A stretch of DNA of 63,524 bases, counting the filler, from Bigelowiella natans CCMP2755 (lineage: Eukaryota; Protista; Cercozoa), in assembly GCA_000320545.1 (NCBI GenBank). It is 6 parts of 6 records of this genome, joined end to end, with 100 filler letters (N's around TTAATTAATTAA, not from the genome) between each part and the next. Parts side by side here need not be neighbours in the genome. Positions count along the whole stretch, not along the records: positions 1 to 9,222 come from ADNK01002865.1; positions 9,323 to 19,570 come from ADNK01000638.1; 4 more parts are not named here. The stretch is one strand, 5' to 3'. Both the position numbers and the translations under genes were made by a program. Shown here piece by piece: positions 1-11,630 of the stretch (the stretch's first letter is position 1; each line of letters opens with the position of its first letter). The notes under the pieces are model-generated. The model saw only the letters and a program-made list of their open reading frames with translations. It was not told the DNA's origin and did not search any database.

Positions 1-720
1 AAAACCAAAGAAGGCAATACTGCCCTACACATAGCCTGTCATATGACATCGTGATGTAGTTAAATGTCTAGTGAAGGAGGCCAAAGCTAATGTGGAGGCA
101 AAACCAAAGAAGGAAATACTGCCCTACACATAGCCTGTCAATATGACGATCGTGATGTAGTTGAATATCTAGTGAAGGAGGCCAAAGCTAACGTGGAGGC
201 AAAACCCAAAGAAGGCGATACTGCTCTACACATAGCCTGTAGATGTGGCAATATTGATGTAGTTGAACATCTAGTGGAGGAGGTCAAAGCTAATGTGGAG
301 GCAAAAACCAAAGAAGGCAATACTGCCCTACACATAGCCTGTAGAAATGGCAATATTTATGTAGTTGAATATCTAGTGAAGGAGGCCAAAGCTAACGTGG
401 AGGCAAAACCCAAAGAAGGCGATACTGCTCTACACATAGCCTGTAGATATGGCAATATTGATGTAGTTGAACATCTAGTGGAGGAGGTCAAAGCTAATGT
501 GGAGGCAAAAACCAAAGAAGGCAATACTGCCCTACACATAGCCTGTAGAAATGGCAATATTCATGTAGTTGAATGTCTAGTGAAGGAGGCCAAAGCTAAC
601 GTGGAGGCAAAACCCAAAGAAGGCGATACTGCTCTACACATAGCCTGTAGACATGGCAATCGTGATGTAGTTGAACATCTAGTGGAGGAGGTCAAAGCCA
701 ATGTGGAGGCAAGAAACAAC
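1..720 (+). repeat. About seven near-identical 102-bp ankyrin-coding tandem repeats
   Basis: 181-384 and 385-588 differ at only three positions. Confidence 0.95.
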
Positions 721-906
721 GAGGGAAAGAAGCCTGTTGCCTCAGCATTGCTCAAATTGCGGCGTGACATCGATGAATTGAGTCAAATTGTCGGAGATGC
801 GATTGAGTGCCTAGACACGATTGAGTGCCTTGCAGACAGGGTTGAAGTTGAGGCGACGGACATCGAAATTCTAGATGGAGTGCACAAAAGAATGATGGAA
901 AAGTAA
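1..906 (+). CDS. Ankyrin-repeat protein, 3' part (5' truncated by window edge; the first two repeats are frameshifted)
   Basis: 34-aa/102-bp tandem units ANVEAK.KEG[DN]TALHIAC..GN..VVE.LV alternating A/B (204-bp dimer); ORF 172-906 ends in a non-repeat tail. Confidence 0.92.
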
Positions 907-1327
907 AAGGAAGATTCCAAATGGGGATTCCTGTTGCCTTGTGTGAGTCATGTGACGGTAAGCAATTTTGAATCTCGCTATTTTGCTTGTTTTTCCCCAT
1001 TGCGTTCCCATTCACGTGTCACCTGCTTCTCTTCATCGATTTGATGTTCATGCTCATTGAAGACAGTGTGGTCGCCTGACCACATTTTGATCACTAATTC
1101 CATTAGTGATGCGATGAGTGTGTGTGTGTGTGTGCGTGTGCAGATAGATGGAGAGAGAAGTGAGAGAGAGATGTTTTTGACATCAATGTGGAGAGGGTAG
1201 AGAAGTGAAATTGTAGCAAATCTGATGTGGGAAATGGGAATTAGTGGAGACGGAAAGAGCTTTCTACTGGAATGAAACTCGCAAATTGCAAATGAAGCCT
1301 AAAAATGACTTGAGGCTCAAAGTGTCA

Positions 1328-1764
1328 TGAAACGCCAACGCCCTTCCAACTCATCAGAATCCGACTTTGAAAAAACAACTGTAGCGCATTGTCCTGGCAT
1401 AGCAGATGCGTTGGTGATCGACATTGAACAACAAATTCAGAAATGAAATGTTCATCAACGACAGGATGAACTAAAGAAGGCAAGGAAAGACCAACAGAAC
1501 TCAGAAACTGGAACTCTTCAACCAACGAAATTGAAAGATGCACAGAGTGAAGAAACTAAACAGGTCCGAATATTTTAGAGAAAACATGGTGCTAATGGAA
1601 GATGTGACAATGCTGCAATTTGTCCATACAAGCAGATGAGCGTTTCTTCTAAAAGGGAGATTTTGAACGAAGCTGTCGACGGAAGTCGTCATCAGATTGT
1701 CATCCAAAAGGTTACATCTTCATCATTGCATGCAGTAGCAGAACACCTTACGCACAAAATATGA
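1328..1764 (+). pseudogene. Degraded ORF relic with in-frame stops, TpA-depleted
   Basis: Reads MKRQRPSNSS...IQK*NVHQRQDELKK...RIF*RKHGANGRCDNAAICPYKQ; protein-like composition with two internal stops. Confidence 0.3.
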
Positions 1765-3119
1765 TTTCATTCAATGGAGTTATGTCATCATCATCATGCT
1801 CAGCGTAACACCATGCACACGAAATGTGAAGATGCTCATCTGTACGAATAGCAAATGGCCGTCTTCAATGAATGCTTTGTTGTTTATGAATACTGTAATG
1901 GATTTTAGAGTGGAGAAAAATCGCTGGCGACAGCCTCAGATGAGTCAATTAATTTTGAGAAGCGACGATGCATCTTGATGTGATGATCATGACAACAGCT
2001 TAGAAGAGCAATGCACAGTTGTACATCATCTAACATGTACCTAAAAATAAACATGCGTATTGATCTAGTTTGATTTCATTTTAGTTCGTTTAAAACATTC
2101 ATCATTTAGAAATCTAACTACTATCAAACAAATGTGAAGTCATCATGTCACTGCGTAGCCATCACTCCATTTTCGATCATGGTTGATGTGCGCATGGCAA
2201 TGGGTAAAAACCAACTCCGATCTGCGCATTACACAAAGAATTGAGCATACGATGCGTGCAGCTAGACACACGATGTCTGGATGCATTGTTTTGATGTCAC
2301 ACCCTACATGTGGAAAAATCAAGTGCGCAGCTAGCTAGCTAGACGGTCGTCACAGCACTGCTAGACTGGCTAGCAGAGCAGGCTCCATGCTAGCATGGCT
2401 AGATGGCTTCATCTAGAGAAGTTTCAGTAGCAGCAGTGAGCATGCTGCATGCAGCTAACCTAGTGACGACGTCTAGACACACCTAGACACGTTGACCATC
2501 CTGTCTAGCTAGCTAACTATCTAGCTTGTTAGCTGCTATGCTAGTATGTATCGTACTATCTTAAAAATGTTAAAATTGCACACAAATAAATGTGTCATTT
2601 GCACGCGCAGCATGCTAGCACAGCATTCTAGCATGAATCATTCTAGCATTCTAGCATAGCACACTTTTGCGCAATTCCAGACGACTCATACACTCTGGGC
2701 TCTATGATGTGCAAGAATGTTCCGTTCGCTGCAGCAGTCTGCGCGTCGTCGTCTGTGCAGTCCTAGCTAGCTAGATTTAGACATCGAAATGCAGCGTTAC
2801 TTCCGCTAGCTATATATATCTAGATGTGTGCTGAAAATGCTAGCATCCTTGTTCAGCACCAGACTAGCTAGCAAGTAGACTTCGGTAGTGGATGCACAGC
2901 TAGCCAGCTAGATAGCTGTGTGTTCAATCTAGAAATGTGGCCATGCAAGTCGCTCGACATGTGCGCCTTGTGACGCATTGCACATCGCAAGCATCGCTGC
3001 TAGGCTGGCTGGATATCGCTAGCTAGCTAGCTCGGCACAATCAAACTTCAATGTTTGACAGAAGCCATAGCAGCATTGCATCCTTCGTGATGTGTTACGT
3101 GTTGGACTATAATGACACT

Positions 3120-3349
3120 TCATTTCTTGAGAATGTCAACCTTGAGATCTACCACTAGCGTGTCTTCGCGAGCATCATTGTTCACTACAGCAAACAGAAG
3201 CTGCCTGTATCTCTGCTCGCCAGGATCAGGATAGGCTCCGGGCCCACCTGCGTGCATGTTGTCAAAGTGTCTTCTTTAGCTATGAGAGCAACTTGTTTTC
3301 ATCACATTGTTCTTATGAGCTCACTTTGCCTAGTGTTGTGTGCTAAAGG

Positions 3350-3385
<36 letters not shown>

Positions 3386-4511
3386 TTGTGTGTAGTCACA
3401 CTGACACATAATCATTCGGAGAAGATGCAACAAAATCGACAGTGAAATTCACAAACTAAAGGTGACCGAGTTGCGCGTTTGTGCATGGCCTTGGATAACC
3501 CATGTCTCCAGGGATGATCAGTCGTCGAATGCCGCCCTTTTGCATACCGATGACGCCCTCATCGATTCCAGGAATTGCAAGTCCGCTGCCAACTTTAAAC
3601 TCCAGAGGATCTCCCCCATCCCCTGTGGCCTTGAAGAAGAGCTGTCCGTTGAATCTTAGGGAAGGGGGCAAAGGAAGAAAAGCGGGAGGGGAGGGGATGG
3701 AGGCTCAGAAAATGTCCTTGCAATGTACTTGCAATGAGGAGAAAGATAGATGTGAGATGTGAGATGTGATAGAACAACAACAACGACAATTTCTTCAGTC
3801 TTCCGAGACAGAGTCGCGCATCCGTACTATTTACTCAAACGTCTCCTCTTCCTTCATTTTGTGATTTTTAATCATTCTCATCGATATTCTGGGTTATTGC
3901 TCGTATATGGTTCTCCTCGTCCCAAAACAAGCAAGTACGCCACACTAACCCTGCAAGCCTCCCAGTCGCTTCCAGGACGACGATATCTCCTTTCTCTACC
4001 GAAGGACCGGAGCCGACCTTCGCGTCCAAGTACCTTAGTACGGAAAGAATTTGCAATGTTATCGTACACATAATTAGTTGATTTGTCTCACTGGCGACAA
4101 TCGCGGCTTTAGAGGTCATTGGAGATGGCACCTGAGGCCGTTGGGAAGAGACTTGTAGTTTGCTGTGTCAATGTTTGACTGTCCTGTGCGCCCTGAGCGC
4201 TCCACATAGCTCGATTCCGCATTTGAAGGCGAAGGATAGGCGTAGAGTCCCGCCAGTCCAGCTGCCGTAGCTGCGTTTAAGAAGCCTCTACGAGCTACAC
4301 TTGAAGGGCTCTGTCGGCCATATTAGAGTCAGTGATCTGTTACTGTATCTGTTAGGGTCAATGCTACCTGGCAGGAGCGAACGGGCGGGGAGGCTATTTG
4401 TGATGTCTGATTCGATGTGTATTCCTTCACCGCAACAACGAGCGCTATGCCTACCAGCACGCCAGCGCACGCTGCCCGAACCCCCCCTCTTTTGGCCGGC
4501 ATCATCATCAT
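3120..4511 (-). CDS. FKBP-type peptidyl-prolyl isomerase, predicted thylakoid-lumen targeted (about 5 exons)
   Basis: Spliced reading: signal peptide (VRAACAGVLVGIALVVAV), RRGFL twin-Arg plus PSNA cleavage site, then SLPNGLRYLDAKVGSGPSVEKGDIV, PLEFKVGSGLAIPGIDEGVIGMQKGGIRRLIIPGDMGY and DTLVVDLKV; GT-AG introns. Confidence 0.9.
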
Positions 4512-5338
4512 GTGGCTGTGGATTATGGCCAAGCTCGGAGTCCAAAAGCGGAACCCAGATCTCATCTGGGTTCCGAAGAAACGCGTAATTCCCGAATTTT
4601 GGGGATTTTATTTGCGCGACAAGGAGAGCATCTGTTACTGCGAGATAATACCAGACAATAATGCGGATGATGCTTGCCTTTTCTTTGTTGAAGTGAATAT
4701 TGTCTTTGTCGTTTTGGAGAATTTCAGGAACTTTCAGGGGGAAAATTGAGAGCCGACGTTTTCTCTACATTTTATCCCGAAACTATAAATCGGCGCTCTC
4801 CTGATCGGGTTCGAACTTCATCCAGATTGCGGTCGGTTTTGTTAATCTGTGAAAACGTGGTAGAATTCAACTTTATATATTTATTAATTACTAGTCGCAA
4901 CTTAAAAATGTAAACCATTTTAGAATTTATTATCTGTAAATCCAGAGCTTAGCGCTTAATTCCCAAAGTAGATCTGGGCGATTCTCTGGTAATGGACGTT
5001 GGATTGGGTGTAGAGCGTGATGCCAAGGAATAAACTAAAGCATAGGATGGGCGCATCTTCGAATTTTGTTTCGCATTGTTGCACTTTATGTAGCCACAAA
5101 TATCCTTGTGCTTTTGGTCGATGAAATTCATCGCTACCGCAAATTAACAGCTTTCCTGTTTCGAAATATTGTGTTTTGGCTTTGGGGTTGGGTTAGAGCA
5201 ATAACGCATTCTTCTCTAACGAGCATCTGCCGTCTTAATGTTGGATCTATCACCTTTACGAGGGGGGGTTGAGTCTTGATTTCTCGTCACACTGGGAAGG
5301 GCTGGTCACCATGTTAACACCTCTCTCTTTCTTTCTAG

Positions 5339-6646
5339 ATGCCTGACGCAAACCAAGCCTACGGCTTGAACGAAAATGATGGGGAGGATGTAGCATTCTT
5401 GGTAAGTTTCTAGCCACACCCATTGCTCATTGCGTTCTCTTCCGCTTTCCCATTAAGTTTTTAAAGCGGCAAAATCAATAAAATAGTAGCAGAAAGTCGC
5501 AAGTATTGGAGCTCACCCCATGCCCTCCCCTCTATTTATTAGGAACCCAATGATCACAAGGGCGAGGTGATAGCGAACAACAGAGCTCCAGAAGGGAAAG
5601 GCAGACAGAAGCCGAAAAGAGGTCTTAGCAGCTAACTCGATGGTGTTGAGTTAGAACTTCGCAAAACAAGAATCTGCCATTCTGACAAAAGGCGCTGATT
5701 GTGTGCGAACTAAGCACTCTTTGAAACGACGGCGCTATTGCTCCTCCACTGTCGCGTCCCTCACCCTGCACTCTCTTCGCACGTTTGCGCATGCGAAAAG
5801 ATCTAATATCTATATATATTGATGTTCTCAGGCCGAATCTTCACGGTCCTCCACTGGATGGGCATTATACTCACACTTGGCTATATGGGGTATGCGGCGG
5901 GCATGCTGTTCGGCTTCGCACACAAAGACGATAACGCTATCCGTGAGTGTATAACATACACCTTCATGGTGCTCTTTAGCCTCCTCCTGCTTCTCGCGGA
6001 GTTCCGGTAAGGCATCCAATCTTATCGCTACAAATCATCGATATCACCAATCCGATCTACAGAAGAAAACATCACGCCGATGTGAGCGTCGGTGCTGCGC
6101 GGAGAGAGAACGAGAGATTGCCTGTAGCAGCAGCGGGGCGTGGAGACGACGATGTTTCCTTTTCGGTTAAAACGTGATGACGCTGCAGATTGTAGCTTGA
6201 TACGAGCTCGTGCCCTTTGTGGTGATTGATTCAGGGTCGAATACGTCGTCAACGGCTTTCGCTTCCTGTCCACGCCTTTTGGACTGGTATGTAGAAGGGC
6301 CAGGGGGGGGGGGGGGGGGAGGGGGCATAATCCCATTCCAATTGCGATCGCGGACGCTGAAAAAGCGTACAAAATTTGCTTTTGCGCCCCTTTTTTTAAA
6401 CAAACCAATATTGTTTCCCTCGAGAAGCAAATCGTTGTTGGACACGTGCTGAGAGCTCTTTCCCTTCCTCCCTCTCCCCCCTTTTCCCCCCTCGCCCCCG
6501 CCTCTCGCATGCTTCTTCGCTGGCGCTCCTTTAGGCTCTGTACTACACGTTCTTGGGTGTGTTTGCGCTGATGGACGACCGAGGCTGGTGGAAGTGGGTT
6601 TTGTGCAGTCCTATGGCTTTTATGGGAGGTGCTTGCTTGCAACGCA

Positions 6647-6677
<31 letters not shown>

Positions 6678-6740
6678 GGAGAGAGAGAGAGAGAGGGGCA
6701 CGGCTGCGAAAATGAGACGAGTCGAAATATTATATTCATA

Positions 6741-6788
<48 letters not shown>

Positions 6789-7014
6789 TGTATGTGTGTG
6801 GGTGTGTGGGTGTGTGAGCCGTATTCGAGCTTTTTCCTTCTGCCATGCATGCTTCATCCTCATCGGGATTGGATGTATGATCTTGTCTGGCTGTGTGGAG
6901 GAGGGTCGATCTCTTACGCTTGTGTTTTGGACGTAACAGTGGCGTATCTCCTCTGCCCAAGCTGCTCACATGACACGATGAGCATCCACGATCCGGTAGT
7001 ATATAATATATATA

Positions 7015-7058
<44 letters not shown>

Positions 7059-7193
7059 GTGTGTGTGTGTGTGTGTTGCTGACTGGAAACACTAACGATT
7101 GCCATCCCCCCCTGCCCCCAGATCGCCAACACGAGCTCTGATTCCAAGGTCTCCGCCCCATCCCCATCATCGGTAGACGACAAGATGGCTTGA
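5339..7193 (+). CDS. COPI-associated / TVP15-like Golgi membrane protein (multi-exon)
   Basis: Exons join to ...YTFMVLFSLLLLLAEFRVEYVVNGFRFLSTPFGLALYYTFLGVFAL...WWKWVL..., matching the LAE..F.FL...G.G.Y.F.G pattern of the COPI-associated family; about 4 TM segments. Confidence 0.75.
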
Positions 7194-8339
7194 AGCGGCG
7201 GTACTGCAGCATACCAAAACCTTCACAGAAACGAATTATACAGAAGAAAATATGGGAGGGGGGGGGGGGATGAAGCACAAAGCTTAGTGCTCAATCTCTC
7301 GCGCTAAAACGGAAGTATAGTAGTTCCCCAACTCACGCGCCGAGTAGCGGCGTCTGTCCGTGGCGAAGTGCAATTATTAGGTAGAGTCGCCGCGACAGCT
7401 CCTACACGGCAGGGAGAAAGCTTTTTATTTCCCTGCTTTTATCCCTCTGCCTGACTGAGGAGGGAGCGGCATCTTTTCCACGCTCTTTCCCTGCTATCCA
7501 AAGCAATTGGTGGTGTGGCCGCTGCGTACGTGGGTAGCGCGCTTGCTGCACACGTATGTATTGAATGATCAACGCGATATTTTAAATCTCACGTGTAGTG
7601 CCCCGTTTATTTCAATTGGCTGCTATTTCGTGCGTGTGCGCAAGCAATCTAGCATTGATTCCTCACTGCGCTTGCGCGCAAAATAAGCTTTTTGACATGA
7701 ATCAGTCTATCACACAAACATAACTGAAACATGGGATGGGTAGATGGATGCATGCTAGCATGAGTTGTGTTCCTGCTGGATGTGCAGTTTGCAGCGTATA
7801 TACATAGTCTCTTATACTAGCTAATGCTGTATAATGGTGCGTGTGCATATCTAGCTAGATATGCTTCCCAATAAGCATAATAAAAATTTTCGCATAGAAA
7901 TGAGCAAGTTTCTAACTCGCGACATACGGTCATACACATGGGCACTGCCCACATTATGGACACGCACATTGGCTTATTCGGTTATGTTATAAATTCGTGC
8001 GAACATACAAATTCAATTGATTAATTACATCTGTCTTATATAATATACATACAAATTATATATATGTTTTCAACAATTACATGCTCACAACAGCAGAGGC
8101 ATATATGTAGTATAGGGAAGCTTGCTGTTGCAAGCTGTCGCGCGCCGGCCCTGATATCACGCACTATTACCCTATGCTACATCAACTCCGGATCTTTGGG
8201 GCATCCCACTCGATTTGTAACGACGCCGACGACGTCGCGTGGTTTGGAGAAATGCTGGCCTGGAACCCGCGATCTGCAAACGCAACAGTAGGCACGAATT
8301 TAGACCTCATAGCCGCACAAGGCATTGGATATTACAGCT

Positions 8340-8985
8340 ATTGGGGAGCGGCAGTGAGCTTCTGAAAACACAGGTTGTAGCATTCACCTGCCCCCCCCCC
8401 CCCCCCCTCCCCTTCCTATACCGCCAACACGTATTCAGGGATTCATCGCGGGATGAGCTCTAGGTGAACGTGCTCGTGGAAAGACTCACCGGACAGGATA
8501 TCCATAGCCATTTGATGCTTGAGCTCATTCGTCGCATCGGTTTCGTTGAACACGTACTCGCACCTGCCCCCGATGACGTTTTGCGCAATTAGAGGGTAGC
8601 AGTCATTCTCCTGAGGTGGTGATAGAATCGATGAAGCGAAGCTGTGGATGGAAACTAGTTCATCGGAAAACATGGCCTCTCCGGACAGCCTTGCGTTTTG
8701 ATGGAGGCTCTCTTTGCTGCGGCAGAGAAAAGCCGTTTCGTTTTGAATCTCTTTCTCCGGGAAGAGAAGCACTGTTTGACGTTCCCGGTCATTTTTCTTG
8801 GAAAGTTTTGTTGTATAGTCTATTGTATATATAGTGTATTGTCTAATAGTTTTTGTGAGCGTTACTCACCAATTCACTCGTGACCGAGACGAACATTGCC
8901 TCGTGGTCCTTGGCATAACCGTCCAGGCGCCGAACGAGGTTTTGCCGTGCATGTTGGATGATCTAGAGATGCAGTTTCACCCGGT
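8340..8985 (-). CDS. Unknown protein, 3' exons (5' end probably lost in the gap)
   Basis: Coding-like exons (DHPTCTANLVRRLDGYAKDHEAMFV; KNDRERQTVLLFPEK...; ENDCYPLIAQNVIGGRCEYVF) bounded by GTGAGT donors and YAG acceptors. Confidence 0.45.
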
Positions 8986-9222
8986 TAATGTAAAGGCGGC
9001 GGCAGGGGGGAAGGGGGGGGGGGAGGGTTGTGTGACAAACTGGTTGAAAGCAGATAGAAGAAATAAAATAGAATAGTAATTGGAAGTAGTGTTTAGTTCA
9101 AAACTACAGTATCTATTCAGCAATCCGCCGAACGACACAGCTAAATAAACTCTGTTCTTCTTTCGATTCCTTTTCTGTTGCAAAAGGAAGGGGGGGGGGG
9201 GGGGGGGGGGACTACTAATAGC

Positions 9223-9322
9223 NNNNNNNNNNNNNNNNNNNNNNNNNNNNNNNNNNNNNNNNNNNNTTAATTAATTAANNNNNNNNNNNNNNNNNNNNNN
9301 NNNNNNNNNNNNNNNNNNNNNN
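9223..9322. other. Assembly gap linker (N44-TTAATTAATTAA-N44); identical linkers at 19571-19670, 51287-51386, 58346-58445 and 61753-61852
   Basis: Identical 100-nt structure five times; the 12-mer gives stops in all six frames. Confidence 0.97.
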
Positions 9323-9345
9323 ATATATATATATATATATATATA

Positions 9346-9392
<47 letters not shown>

Positions 9393-9495
9393 GCGCGATG
9401 AATATCGGATCTGGCTTTCTTGTTTCGATGGATGATGGATGTGTTGAGCAGTAAGGATGATGATGATGATGATTCCCATTTCAATTTTAACGCAG

Positions 9496-10525
9496 ATACG
9501 AGAATGAGGCCGGCAAGTACTGGAATTTATTCTACAAGAGAAATATGAGCAACTTCTTCAAGGATCGACATTATTTGCAGATGATGCTCGAAGCTGATCT
9601 CGCGGAGGTTAACAAGAAGGAGCGAAAAGAAGGTCGTTCGAGTCGTATGCAATCTAATCTATTTTTTGAAGATGCAGGCTAATCTTGCTCTTTCGACGTA
9701 GCAGGATATTTCGTATTTTTCCTTGTTTGTATCGATTGGAAAACAATGAGACGGTACTTCTTGGAGATTCGGTTTTTCATGTTTCACAAGGGAGTATTGG
9801 CTGTTACATAGGTACAGACGGAAAGGCAGCACCTTCGATCCTGTTCGAGGTCGGTTGCGGGTGCGGGAATACGATGTTTCCCCTGCTGCAAGACAACCCT
9901 TCTTGGCATGTTTACGGCGTCGATATCTCCCCTCACGCAATTGACCTCATCAAGCGAAGAGATGAATTCAAGAAGTACCAGGACCGATGCCAGGTCGTCG
10001 CTGATGTGCAATATAGCGTGCTTTCATGCCGAGCCTGACCTTATAAATTCCCCTATAATCTCATCTCACACGGAGTGTATCTGTTGTTTCCTCCTCCAGG
10101 CCTGGGTATGCGATTTAGTCTCCGATGATCTCCCAGAGACGTTGGCCAACGGGGCAGTCGATATTGCTACGCTGATATTCGTGCTATCTGCTATACATCC
10201 GGAGAAAATCCCAATGGTGCTCCGCAAGGTCTATAAGTCGCTAAAGCCAGGTGGAAAGCTAGTGATCAGGGATTACGCCGTTTACGACTTGTCGCAGCTC
10301 AGATTCGGCGATGGCGCCAAGCTGGGTGAAAACCTGTACGTGCGGCAGGATGGGACGAGGACGTTCTTCTTCTCCAAAGACACGCTTTCCAAGATGCTAC
10401 GGGAAGCTGGCTTTGAAGTCGTCGAGATTAAATATCACCGCAAGGTAATTCGAAACATCAAGAAAGGAATTGCGATGAAGCGAACTTGGATCCAAGCAAG
10501 AGTCACACGTGGCCGCCATCAGTAG
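9496..10525 (+). CDS. tRNA N3-methylcytidine methyltransferase, METTL6/METTL2/Trm140 family (5' exons missing in gap)
   Basis: KYWNLFYKRN..NFFKDRHYL, FEVGCGCGNTMFPL, LIFVLSAIHPEK, LKPGG..IRDYAVYDLSQLRF, YVRQDGTRTFFFS, RTWIQAR. Confidence 0.95.
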
Positions 10526-11630
10526 CGTCGGCTTGATGGCGCTCGCCTGTGCGTTTCTAGGATATTCTATTTACAACTGCACGTCATCAACGTTGTCGAT
10601 TCTCAGGCCATCACACCAGCTAGTCTCTCTTAAACCTGTTACTATCACATTTGACGGATACATACTGAGGATACTATTAGCGAGCAGGGAATTCTACTTC
10701 ACGTTTTCCGAACGTCGCGGTTCTCTCAATAACTCTGGTACATGATACATAGCAAATAACGATGCATCGCGATCTGTGTACGTCGTGTCTAAAACAGCGA
10801 CGCAATCCAGCTGTGCCAGCCATGCGCACATACGCATGTTTCGCAGTTACCATGCGCTGCGTGTAGTGCTCGTTTACCTCGCCACTAGTACTTTCTTTAG
10901 TCCGTTGAACATATTGTTAGCAGTAGTATATACCAAAGCAAAAAGTAACACTGCTACACTTACGTGCACTTCACCCCTTATATATCTTATGCAATGGCTG
11001 GCGCCATGTCTGTTGTACTACATACAACATATGTGCCTATGCAGCAGTCACGCGCCGGTCTTAAGGTTGCCAATTATGTGTAGTAACTAGCTAGTATAGC
11101 AACCGCATTGTACAAAGTTTTAAAGTCGGACTCGTTGTTTGAAAGAGGCGCAGAGGGATATGATAGACATGCAATTATGGATCACAGTATACTCGCCATT
11201 GACAAGACTTAATCATACCATTAGACCTGTTTCGTACTATGTATATGACGATGACTGTGCGCTGTCTTCGTCTCATCTCTAGATAATTTTAGCACATAAT
11301 CGCTACGAAACCTTTCGTGCATATGCGCCTGCGCAGTCGATCACTACTCTTATTAATGACAGCCGCAGCAGTTTGTGTGTAAATTCTCATTGTAAAAAAA
11401 TTAGTACATCTCAACAAAGATAATGATGATGTACGTCGTTCCACCCTTTTCAAATATTAACGAACGAAGCTTTTGGTTCCCATTTTCCTTATGAAATACA
11501 ATATCCTCATTTGGATTCGAGCGGTGCTTTGGGAGCCTATCTAGCTATGCGCGAAGAAAGAACAGCCAAATCGGAAAGAGCTACATCCTCCTCCTCCCCC
11601 CTCCCACGAGTTCTATCCACTCCTCGGTCT

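Noticed and set aside
1-171. Frameshifts in the first ankyrin repeats as proof of a pseudogene
   Set aside because: These single-base deletions at the sequence edge cannot be told apart from low-quality sequence.
1570-1640. CCCH zinc-finger-like spacing (*x8Cx5Cx3Q) in the ORF relic
   Set aside because: Only two of four ligands are present, too weak to call.
6588-7278. ORFs with YIYIYI, CVCVCV or ERERER tracts (throughout the window)
   Set aside because: Translations of intronic microsatellites.
9267-9278. Recurrent TTAATTAATTAA palindrome
   Set aside because: Artificial six-frame-stop scaffold linker between N runs.
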